Sequence record: AY753669.1
From: Escherichia phage D6
Strand: one strand, 5' to 3'
DNA: 7,644 bases
Part shown: piece after piece, positions 1 to 6,539 of the stretch
Layout: the number at the start of each line of letters is the position of its first letter
Numbering within the stretch: position 1 is the stretch's first letter
Program-made: the position numbers and the translations under genes
The notes under the pieces: model-generated
What the model saw: only the letters and a program-made list of their open reading frames with translations
The model's database searches: none
Told to the model about the DNA's origin: nothing

Positions 1-5
1 TAGTA

Positions 6-263
6 ATGACCACCAGGGGGATGAGGGTTAGATTTCGCTGGAAAGCAGAGCAAGTAACGCCATTCAGAGAGCCATCAATGCCGCTGCAGGTTGAGCAGGA
101 TTATCTATGTTTACCAGAAATAGATGGAGGAATGCTGGTGGAGTCTGATGGTAGTAAGGCTGATTTTGAAGCCAATTTGAAGCTGGCACAGGCCGTAATC
201 AATAGTTATCGCGGAAAGTGGATCGCAAAAGTGAAACATGTTGTTCGTTTGTCTCGCTGGTAG
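6..263 (+). CDS. hypothetical protein, probably the 3' end of a gene that starts upstream of the window
   Basis: 85-codon ORF in the supplied track; the frame stays open to the window edge (no in-frame stop upstream of the ATG at 6), so the true start may lie outside. No motif recognised. Confidence 0.35.
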   Translation: MTTRGMRVRFRWKAEQVTPFREPSMPLQVEQDYLCLPEIDGGMLVESDGSKADFEANLKLAQAVINSYRGKWIAKVKHVVRLSRW

Positions 264-279
264 CATTAGGTATTTAATA

Positions 280-295
280 TTAATTTTCTAATACA
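280..295 (+). promoter_or_regulatory. copy 1 of a recurring 16-bp AT-rich motif (TTAATTTTCTAATACA); candidate repressor operator upstream of the 130-aa ORF
   Basis: Seen in sequence: 14/16 identical to the copy at 6123..6138 and 13/16 to the copy at 4713..4728, all in the same orientation and all in intergenic DNA just outside gene ends. Operator function is inference. Confidence 0.4.
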
Positions 296-371
296 ATCAT
301 CTTTTTACCAGTCTATACAGTTTTAACATTCTCATTATCATCCCCTCGGTCATTTCCTGCCCGGGGGATTA

Positions 372-764
372 ATGGAACAAATCAGCAGCGCAGAAATTGC
401 GGATATCATGATCAGGGCTGACTGCTATCTGACAGTCACTGAAATTACCACTCTCGCCAAAGAAAAATACCCTCATCTCCATGTTTCACGAGTAAGTGTA
501 ACTAACATCATTCGTCATTTTGTTCGTTCAAGCAGGGCAATCTGTGAGCTGGATGATCGTGTGTATCCACGAAAATACTGGCTACATGGTCTGAACGGAT
601 ATCAGTTCAAGGTGCGCGGGCGCACGCCTGAATACGGTAGCTTACTGGTTAAAAACTGTAGCAGGAAATCAGTCGAACAGGCGCGAAAAGAGCAACGAGA
701 GCTGGTGGACATGGCGAATAAGCTGTGGAATGCCGCCGTTAAAAAGCGTGGTGTTGCTTTATGA
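372..764 (+). CDS. hypothetical small basic protein, translationally coupled to pacA; positional counterpart of the P1 late-promoter activator gene lpa (unverified)
   Basis: 130-codon ORF; GGGGGA Shine-Dalgarno-like sequence 5 nt upstream of the ATG; its TGA stop (762..764) overlaps the pacA ATG (761..763) as ATGA. The lpa suggestion rests only on my recollection of P1 gene order, not on sequence similarity. Confidence 0.6.
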   Translation: MEQISSAEIADIMIRADCYLTVTEITTLAKEKYPHLHVSRVSVTNIIRHFVRSSRAICELDDRVYPRKYWLHGLNGYQFKVRGRTPEYGSLLVKNCSRKSVEQARKEQRELVDMANKLWNAAVKKRGVAL

Positions 765-2125
765 GTCTGGTTAATTGGGAGGAGCACCGCGCCCGCTTTA
801 TAGCGTTGCGTGAAGAAAAAGGGATCACTGTAAAGGAATACTGTGAGGAGCATGGCCTTAGCTTCAATACAGCCAGAAAGCATCTCAATATGAAAAAAAA
901 TGAGGTGCGGTCGCAGGTAAAGACAACAAAAAAAAGCACCAAATCACCTGAAAAAAAACGGGCGGGAAGAGCAACAAAAAAGCTGGAAGAGGGTGCAGAA
1001 AAAACAAAATTTACAGAAATTGACAATTCGCAGGGTGCAGGTTCTTTCCGAAGTATGCCAAGAAAGAAAACTTCGGATCATGAAAGTAATACCAATAATA
1101 ACAATGAGATAAAAGAATCTGTCAGGAGATCATTGCGCGAAAAAATGGCGAAAATGATCCCCGAAGAAGATAAAAGCGCCCCAAAAATTGAGGGATCTTC
1201 AGCAATGATCCCTGGCGGTGCTGTGCAGCGTGCCACATTGCCCACTACGAATGTGGCTCGCGATATGATGAAGAACGGCGCAGAAGAACACCTGCGGTTA
1301 GCAATTCAAATGGCGCAAGAGCGCGCACTTCAGTATCAAAGCATTGTTGATCAGGAGGCCGAACGTCTACAGGCGGAAATAGACGCCTTGGGCGATAAAG
1401 AGCCAGAAGGAATGCACCCTGGGCAGCGCCTTCTCGGTCTAATCAGTGACGCGGCCTACTACATGAATGATTTTATCAGTAGGTTGGCAGCTATATATCA
1501 GTCCGAACAAAAGCTGCGACAGGGGGATGAAAAGCTTCGTCAGAGCGCTCGCCAGCAAGCATTCAAAGAGGCTGAGGCCAGAGAAAAACTCGAATTAGCA
1601 CGCCTACAGGCCGAACAGCGTGGCAAAGAGATTGAATATCGCATTGGCGCTGACGCACGCGCTGCCAGAGTTATCGCCGCCGCTATACGTATGCGTGAGC
1701 GCGAGGAACTGGATGATATCGGTGTTGCTGAATACATCGAGCGCCAGGGGGTCAGCGTCCCGGCTATCCTCGCGGCGCGCGCGGCGAAAGCTATCACTCT
1801 TCTCGAACCACCTGTTTCTGACGTCAATGATGTTGATGATGAACAGCTGGACAAAGAGGCGAGGGAGTTTGCGACGCTTCAGGCTAACCATCCGCAATGG
1901 CTGGCAGAGCGCCGGGCGGATGTGGCAACCATTGTTGAAGAATTGGGGTGCGGAGATTACGACCGCAATGGCGAGCGTAAAGCTGGAGAATTCGAGGCCA
2001 ACGACGAAGAGCTGGATATTGACCCTTCGGCAACGGCTGATATTTACGGTGATTATGATGCATCTGATGCAGGGTATGACGCCGGAGATGATGATATCGC
2101 GATAGAACCGCCGGAGGATGATTAA
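761..2125 (+). CDS. pacA: terminase small subunit / pac-site recognition protein (PacA-like)
   Basis: 454-codon ORF immediately upstream of and overlapping (TAATG) the large-terminase gene. N-terminus (MSLVNWEEHRARFIALREEKGITVKEYCEEHGLSFNTARKHL) looks like a helix-turn-helix DNA-binding domain, followed by a Lys-rich low-complexity linker and a strongly acidic C-terminal tail (..DDDIAIEPPEDD), as expected for a small terminase. Contains a GATC-hexamer cluster (see 1075..1211). The P1 pacA assignment is by synteny and domain logic. Confidence 0.7.
   Translation: MSLVNWEEHRARFIALREEKGITVKEYCEEHGLSFNTARKHLNMKKNEVRSQVKTTKKSTKSPEKKRAGRATKKLEEGAEKTKFTEIDNSQGAGSFRSMPRKKTSDHESNTNNNNEIKESVRRSLREKMAKMIPEEDKSAPKIEGSSAMIPGGAVQRATLPTTNVARDMMKNGAEEHLRLAIQMAQERALQYQSIVDQEAERLQAEIDALGDKEPEGMHPGQRLLGLISDAAYYMNDFISRLAAIYQSEQKLRQGDEKLRQSARQQAFKEAEAREKLELARLQAEQRGKEIEYRIGADARAARVIAAAIRMREREELDDIGVAEYIERQGVSVPAILAARAAKAITLLEPPVSDVNDVDDEQLDKEAREFATLQANHPQWLAERRADVATIVEELGCGDYDRNGERKAGEFEANDEELDIDPSATADIYGDYDASDAGYDAGDDDIAIEPPEDD
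1075..1211. other. candidate pac (packaging cleavage) site: cluster of five GATC-containing hexamers inside the 5' third of pacA
   Basis: Seen in sequence: GATC at 1076, 1128, 1156, 1194 and 1207, i.e. five in about 135 bp, where chance predicts well under one. Hexamers read TGATCC (1155..1160 and 1206..1211 on top; 1075..1080 on bottom), TGATCT (1127..1132 bottom) and AGATCC (1193..1198 bottom). Established knowledge: the P1 pac site lies inside pacA and consists of repeated Dam-methylatable TGATCA/G hexamers flanking the cleavage point. Assignment here is by analogy. Confidence 0.35.
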
Positions 2126-3633
2126 TGGCTGGAGGGCGCAAGATTAAATGCGTCACCAGCGATCCACGCTGGCGCGATATGGTAATCAAATACCGCTACA
2201 ACTTTACCCAAGCTGTTGTCGATATTTTTGGGATGTTCCCCTCCCACCAGCAGCAGCAGATCATTCAGTCCGTGCAGGAAACGGGGAGTAGGACGACCGT
2301 CACGTCCGGACACGGAACGGGGAAGTCGTCCCTTACCGCGATGTTGCTGTTGATTTTCATGATCCTGTTCCCCGATGCCCGTGTCATCATTGTTGCTAAC
2401 AAGATAGGCCAGGTAAAAACAGGCGTATTCAAATACGTTAAACAGTATTGGGCGAATGCAGTTAAGCGTCATGGGTGGTTGCAGACCTATTTTGTCCTCT
2501 CTGACACCATGTTTTATGAGCGCTCCCGTAAGGGGATTTGGGAAGTTCTCTGCAAAGGTTATCGACTCGGCAACGAAGAAGCGCTGGCGGGGGAACACGC
2601 GGCACATTTGCTTCTAATTCTGGATGAAGCATCTGGTATATCTGATAAGGCGATCGGCGTAATGACCGGTGCTCTTACTGAAGAAGATAACCGGATGTTG
2701 ATGCTATCCCAGCCAACAAGGCCAAGTGGTTATTTCTACGATTCGCACCATTCTCAAGCAAAAACCCCAGACAACCCGAAAGGGATCTGGACAGCAATTG
2801 TTCTTAACTCGGAAGAATCACCGTTCGTCACACCACAATTCATCAAGCAGAAGCTTCTGGAATATGGCGGGCGCGATTCTATTGAGTACATGGTCAAGGT
2901 GCTTGGTCAGTTCCCACGAGAAATTAACGGCTATTTGCTTGGTCGTGATGAATGCGATCGCGCTGCTCGCCGCAAGGTGTTGTTGGAGAAAAACTGGGGA
3001 TGGGTGGCAACGGCTGACGTTGGTAATGGGCGAGATAAGTCGGTCCTCAACATCTGCAAGGTATCAGGTCACAGGGATAAGCGGCGCGTTGTTAACTTTA
3101 AGGTAATGGAGATGTCTGGCACTATGGACCCATTGGCCTTTGCTGACTTCATATATAACGAATGTACGCCGGAAAAATACCCGAATATAACAATCGCGGT
3201 TGATGCTGATGGTTTTGGTTCTGATACGTGTGCGCAGTTGGTGCGTCGTGGTGCGAACCCGGTACGTATTCGGTGGGGAAAACCCATGTTTGCGAACAAA
3301 GACAGGGAGCGATTTGTTAATCAGCGTGCCTACGCAAATATTATGGCGCGTGATGCCATAAAGTCAGGGCGTATGCGGATAGACAGTGACCCTAAAACGG
3401 CAGAGCAAGCGTCAAAAATCCCCTTTTTACTGAATGAAGAAGGGAAAATGGCGATGATGCGCAAAGAGCACATGCGGCAAAAGCTAAACATCAAATCGCC
3501 TGACCGATGGGATACCTACTGCTTCACTATGCTGGTGGACTATGTGCCTGCTAATGAAGATATTGGTGCCGAAATGGCAACTTTCCGAGATCAGGTTCTG
3601 GCGGATATCGAAATGCCGGATCTGGATATATAA
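2125..3633 (+). CDS. pacB: terminase large subunit (PacB-like; ATPase plus nuclease)
   Basis: 502-codon ORF. Walker A-like P-loop (VTSGHGTGKSSL) and Walker B-like hydrophobic stretch ending in DE (LLLILDEASG) in the N-terminal half; acidic nuclease-type segments in the C-terminal half (IAVDADGFGSD). Start overlaps the pacA stop (TAATG). Confidence 0.85.
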   Translation: MAGGRKIKCVTSDPRWRDMVIKYRYNFTQAVVDIFGMFPSHQQQQIIQSVQETGSRTTVTSGHGTGKSSLTAMLLLIFMILFPDARVIIVANKIGQVKTGVFKYVKQYWANAVKRHGWLQTYFVLSDTMFYERSRKGIWEVLCKGYRLGNEEALAGEHAAHLLLILDEASGISDKAIGVMTGALTEEDNRMLMLSQPTRPSGYFYDSHHSQAKTPDNPKGIWTAIVLNSEESPFVTPQFIKQKLLEYGGRDSIEYMVKVLGQFPREINGYLLGRDECDRAARRKVLLEKNWGWVATADVGNGRDKSVLNICKVSGHRDKRRVVNFKVMEMSGTMDPLAFADFIYNECTPEKYPNITIAVDADGFGSDTCAQLVRRGANPVRIRWGKPMFANKDRERFVNQRAYANIMARDAIKSGRMRIDSDPKTAEQASKIPFLLNEEGKMAMMRKEHMRQKLNIKSPDRWDTYCFTMLVDYVPANEDIGAEMATFRDQVLADIEMPDLDI

Positions 3634-3634
3634 A

Positions 3635-3651
3635 GCCCCGCGATGCGGGGC
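3635..3651. terminator. hairpin between the convergent pacB and 345-aa genes; possible bidirectional intrinsic terminator
   Basis: Perfect 7-bp stem GCCCCGC / GCGGGGC with a 3-nt loop (GAT), directly after the pacB stop and directly after the stop of the - strand gene (3661). There is a T/A-rich run on the - strand side (TTATATAT) but no clean U-tract on the + side. Confidence 0.45.
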
Positions 3652-3660
3652 CGGTTGTGA

Positions 3661-4698
3661 TTACCAGAGCTTCGCGGCGTACTGCGTTTGGGGGAATGTG
3701 TATCCGTAACGTTCTTCGATTGCTTTGCCGTATTTTTTACGAGCTTCATTCAGTTTAATGCCGGTCAGGTCGTCTCCAGAGGCCATCATTACGTCTAACA
3801 ATTCCAGATCCATTTTATCCAGCCTTGCCATTGCTTCACGTGATGTACGTATCTTACGCTCAATGATATGGCGAATAGCCGGATCGGCATCCTCCAGCAT
3901 CTTAGCGGATTTCTGCTTAAGGCTTTCATTGCGAATATCGATGTTCCTTAAGATGTACGACTTCGCAACGTAGCTTGGCTGGTGTTTTTCCAGGTCACGA
4001 ACACGATATAAGTTAAAATCGCCGAGAAGGCTGCAAGGTACCGATTCGACGCCAGAATAAATTGTAATGCTCCGGCGTTCACCAACATTATTGACAACGG
4101 GGATCGTTGTCTTCGGTAGTCTTGCGAAAACCAATGCGCCATGTGCGCCAACTCTAAAGCGAGAAAGGGCATTGCTGCCTTCGATGTTTGTTGTCAGCAC
4201 AACATCTGTATATGCCTCTTTACGCGCCCGGTAGATCTCGCCTTCAGGCTCAGCTTCAAAGAAGCGCTGTTCTTCTTCAAGAGCACCTACGATTTGAGAA
4301 AAAACCCTATTTTTCAGGCTTTTCTTTATGATTTTGTCGTATTTTTTTAGCAATTGTTCACGTGTAAATGTACGTGTTGTTGTAGCGCTTTGCACAACGA
4401 CATGCGTGCTTTGATTGGTGTCCTCAATGATGAATGGGATCGGAGAATATACAGACTCAACAATGTTCGACGCTTTGCCGTCGGCATCGCGGCACATGTC
4501 AACGAAGGCTTTCCATTCAGCAAGACATTTTTCAGCTTCTTCTAATATGTTTTGGTCATGCGTTAATGCAACATGGCGGAATTCCTCGCCAGCATAACTG
4601 GTATCATGGAAAACAGAGTTTGCGACCACCAGCTCTTTCCACCGTTCAGCGGTTTGCAGGAACCGTTTGTACTCTTTCTCGATCGACTTCTTACTCAT
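3661..4698 (-). CDS. c1: 345-aa protein at the immC position; putative C1-type immunity repressor by synteny (function unverified)
   Basis: Long - strand ORF convergent with pacB and divergent from the recombinase; AGGA Shine-Dalgarno-like sequence a few nt upstream of the ATG. In P1 the gene between pacB and loxP-cre is c1. I see no motif that proves repressor function, so CDS existence is about 0.85 and the C1 identity about 0.4. Confidence 0.55.
   Translation of the reverse strand: MSKKSIEKEYKRFLQTAERWKELVVANSVFHDTSYAGEEFRHVALTHDQNILEEAEKCLAEWKAFVDMCRDADGKASNIVESVYSPIPFIIEDTNQSTHVVVQSATTTRTFTREQLLKKYDKIIKKSLKNRVFSQIVGALEEEQRFFEAEPEGEIYRARKEAYTDVVLTTNIEGSNALSRFRVGAHGALVFARLPKTTIPVVNNVGERRSITIYSGVESVPCSLLGDFNLYRVRDLEKHQPSYVAKSYILRNIDIRNESLKQKSAKMLEDADPAIRHIIERKIRTSREAMARLDKMDLELLDVMMASGDDLTGIKLNEARKKYGKAIEERYGYTFPQTQYAAKLW
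3807..3885. repeat. 79-bp GATC-bounded segment inside the 345-aa gene that recurs in inverted orientation at 7309..7387 and 7566..7644
   Basis: Seen in sequence: the reverse complement of 3807..3885 is identical, base for base, to 7309..7387. It begins and ends with GATC. Confidence 0.9.
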
Positions 4699-4712
4699 TA
4701 TTCCTACTCGAT

Positions 4713-4728
4713 TTAGTTTTCTAACATA
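4713..4728 (+). promoter_or_regulatory. copy 2 of the 16-bp motif (TTAGTTTTCTAACATA); candidate operator in the leader of the 345-aa gene
   Basis: 13/16 identical to the copies at 280..295 and 6123..6138; lies 15 to 30 bp upstream of the - strand gene start. Confidence 0.4.
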
Positions 4729-4797
4729 AAATTACTATGACAAATTTATGTCGAATAACAGAGTGAGTAAAGGATCGAACTGTGATTTTTTGTCATC

Positions 4798-4813
4798 AAT
4801 TTTAGAAAACCAA
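4798..4813 (-). promoter_or_regulatory. copy 3 of the 16-bp motif, weaker and inverted (reads TTGGTTTTCTAAAATT on the - strand)
   Basis: Shares the TTTTCTAA core; 13/16 to the degenerate consensus TTA[AG][TA]TTTCTAA[CT]A[CT]A; about 70 bp from copy 2 in the same intergenic region. Confidence 0.3.
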
Positions 4814-4908
4814 CCGTAGAAACCACACTTCGCTAATTAAAGACCATGAAGGCAACGTGTTACTGGTCATCATCAATCTATGATGGATTAAAAAAAATCG
4901 GCATTTTA

Positions 4909-4940
4909 TAACTTTAAATAATTGGCATTATTTAAAGTTA
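4909..4940. other. rox: rox site: 32-bp recombination target of Dre (14-bp perfect inverted arms around a 4-bp asymmetric spacer)
   Basis: Seen in sequence: TAACTTTAAATAAT-TGGC-ATTATTTAAAGTTA. This is the exact reverse complement of the rox site as I recall it (TAACTTTAAATAATGCCAATTATTTAAAGTTA). Including the flanking A at 4908, one arm matches the loxP arm ATAACTTCGTATA at 10/13 positions. It lies about 150 bp upstream of the recombinase gene. Confidence 0.85.
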
Positions 4941-4949
4941 GGCTATAAT
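4922..4949 (+). promoter_or_regulatory. candidate sigma70 promoter reading toward the recombinase gene, overlapping rox
   Basis: -35 TTGGCA (4922..4927, spanning the rox spacer), 16-bp spacer, perfect -10 TATAAT (4944..4949). Established knowledge: P1 cre has multiple promoters in the loxP-proximal region. Activity is not demonstrated. Confidence 0.4.
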
Positions 4950-5092
4950 CATGTGTAGATGAACAGTATTGACATCACTGAAAATACGTACCTCCAATCA
5001 AAGGCTTGTATTTTGAAAATTAACTTATAGCTACCCTGTCATTTTTATATTTTTCGCGTAGCGTCATCTGTATATAGAGGTGAAATGGTTTC

Positions 5093-6121
5093 ATGAGTGA
5101 ATTAATTATCTCTGGCAGTTCCGGTGGTTTTCTGCGCAACATTGGCAAAGAGTACCAGGAAGCCGCAGAAAACTTTATGCGGTTCATGAATGATCAGGGT
5201 GCTTATGCGCCGAATACTCTGCGCGACCTCCGGTTGGTGTTTCATTCCTGGGCGCGCTGGTGTCACGCTCGCCAGCTTGCCTGGTTTCCGATCTCACCAG
5301 AAATGGCCCGCGAGTATTTTCTTCAGTTGCATGATGCCGATCTGGCTTCGACCACCATTGATAAGCACTACGCCATGCTTAACATGCTGCTTTCTCATTG
5401 TGGCCTTCCGCCACTTTCGGATGATAAAAGTGTTTCTCTGGCTATGCGGCGTATCCGGCGCGAAGCGGCAACGGAAAAAGGCGAACGAACAGGCCAGGCT
5501 ATACCGCTGCGATGGGACGACCTGAAACTGCTCGACGTCCTGTTGTCCAGGTCAGAACGGCTGGTGGACCTGCGCAACCGGGCTTTTCTCTTTGTTGCAT
5601 ACAATACGCTGATGCGTATGTCGGAAATCTCGCGTATTCGTGTAGGAGATCTGGACCAAACAGGTGACACTGTCACGCTACATATTTCACACACGAAGAC
5701 AATAACGACCGCCGCCGGGCTTGATAAGGTGCTTTCCCGTCGCACTACTGCTGTGCTGAATGACTGGCTGGATGTTTCCGGGCTTCGTGAACATCCTGAC
5801 GCGGTGCTGTTCCCGCCGATACACCGTAGCAATAAGGCCAGGATTACGACAACGCCCCTTACTGCACCTGCAATGGAGAAAATATTCAGCGACGCCTGGG
5901 TGTTGCTGAATAAAAGGGATGCCACGCCAAACAAAGGGAGATACCGGACGTGGACCGGGCATAGTGCTCGTGTCGGGGCCGCTATCGATATGGCTGAAAA
6001 GCAGGTGTCTATGGTGGAGATTATGCAGGAAGGAACCTGGAAGAAACCGGAAACACTTATGCGGTATCTGCGCCGTGGCGGTGTGTCTGTGGGGGCTAAT
6101 AGCCGCTTGATGGATTCATAA
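5093..6121 (+). CDS. dre: Dre, a Cre-family tyrosine site-specific recombinase (rox-specific)
   Basis: 342-codon ORF, GAGGTG Shine-Dalgarno-like sequence about 9 nt upstream. Clear Cre-like sequence throughout (e.g. SVSLAMRRIRRE, RNRAFLFVAYNTLMRMSEISRIRVGDL, TGHSARVGAAIDMA, EIMQEGTWKKPETLMRYLRR), with the Cre catalytic Arg, His-x-x-Arg, Trp and Tyr positions conserved. The N-terminus MSELIISGSS and the adjacent exact rox site identify it as Dre rather than Cre. Confidence 0.9.
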   Translation: MSELIISGSSGGFLRNIGKEYQEAAENFMRFMNDQGAYAPNTLRDLRLVFHSWARWCHARQLAWFPISPEMAREYFLQLHDADLASTTIDKHYAMLNMLLSHCGLPPLSDDKSVSLAMRRIRREAATEKGERTGQAIPLRWDDLKLLDVLLSRSERLVDLRNRAFLFVAYNTLMRMSEISRIRVGDLDQTGDTVTLHISHTKTITTAAGLDKVLSRRTTAVLNDWLDVSGLREHPDAVLFPPIHRSNKARITTTPLTAPAMEKIFSDAWVLLNKRDATPNKGRYRTWTGHSARVGAAIDMAEKQVSMVEIMQEGTWKKPETLMRYLRRGGVSVGANSRLMDS

Positions 6122-6122
6122 A

Positions 6123-6138
6123 TTAAATTTCTAACACA
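6123..6138 (+). promoter_or_regulatory. copy 4 of the 16-bp motif (TTAAATTTCTAACACA); candidate operator between dre and the downstream operon
   Basis: Begins 2 bp after the dre stop codon, about 55 bp upstream of the next ORF; 14/16 identical to copy 1. Confidence 0.4.
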
Positions 6139-6194
6139 TCTTTTTAGATTGATATCTTTGCTGTAAAGTACCCTCGCCTATTTTGGAGGGTGCT

Positions 6195-6539
6195 TTGCAG
6201 AGTCAAATCACGGAATCAAGACGCTTCACGGTGGATGGTTACACCGTAACCTTCGCCGCTGGTGTTAAGAACAGTCATGCTGTCGTTGTATTCGGCATCA
6301 TGACCGGGCTTGAGGCCGTCCCTGTGTTTACCCTCGAAAAAAACTGGCGAAATCTGGAGGAAGCAGAAAGCTACGTCCGGAAAGTAACCATCATTGCCGC
6401 CGAAAAACTCCTGGCCCACTATCAGGAAAATTATCGCACTATGGTCGAGAAGATTAATCTCGCTTTCACTCGCCCCACTACCGGCTTTATTGCACCGGAT
6501 ACTAATGCAGGTCGATATCCGGCAAGGGGGCGTCGGTGA
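6195..6539 (+). CDS. hypothetical protein (about 114 to 118 aa), first gene of a small operon downstream of dre
   Basis: ORF in the track from 6183. There is no in-frame ATG near the 5' end; the TTG at 6195 is preceded by GGAGGG (6185..6190) at good spacing, so I place the start there (alternatives: TTG 6183, GTG 6231). Its stop overlaps the GTG start of the next ORF (GTGA at 6536..6539). No recognisable motif. Confidence 0.5.
   Translation: MQSQITESRRFTVDGYTVTFAAGVKNSHAVVVFGIMTGLEAVPVFTLEKNWRNLEEAESYVRKVTIIAAEKLLAHYQENYRTMVEKINLAFTRPTTGFIAPDTNAGRYPARGRR

Noticed and set aside
343-367. Possible stem-loop (CCCCTCGG ... CCGGGGG) just upstream of the 130-aa ORF
   Set aside because: The complementarity is imperfect (bulged), and the G-run more plausibly serves as the Shine-Dalgarno sequence for the ORF starting at 372.
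280-4813. Direct equivalence of the 16-bp motif to the P1 C1 operator consensus
   Set aside because: Only the TCTAA-type core resembles what I recall of the P1 operator (about 11/17 in the best register), and I cannot verify the consensus from memory. It is reported as a candidate operator for the local repressor, not as a P1 C1 operator.
4699-4908. coi/imc-like small anti-repressor ORF upstream of the 345-aa gene
   Set aside because: Translating the - strand of this interval gives only very short ORFs (23 codons at most), so no coi-like gene can be supported.
4908-4941. Possible loxP site
   Set aside because: The arms match the loxP arm at only 10/13 positions and the architecture is 14-bp arms with a 4-bp spacer, not 13 + 8 + 13. 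The sequence matches rox exactly, so it is called rox.
4969-4974. Consensus -35 hexamer TTGACA upstream of dre
   Set aside because: No acceptable -10 hexamer at 16 to 18 bp spacing downstream; the TTGGCA/TATAAT pair overlapping rox is a better promoter candidate.
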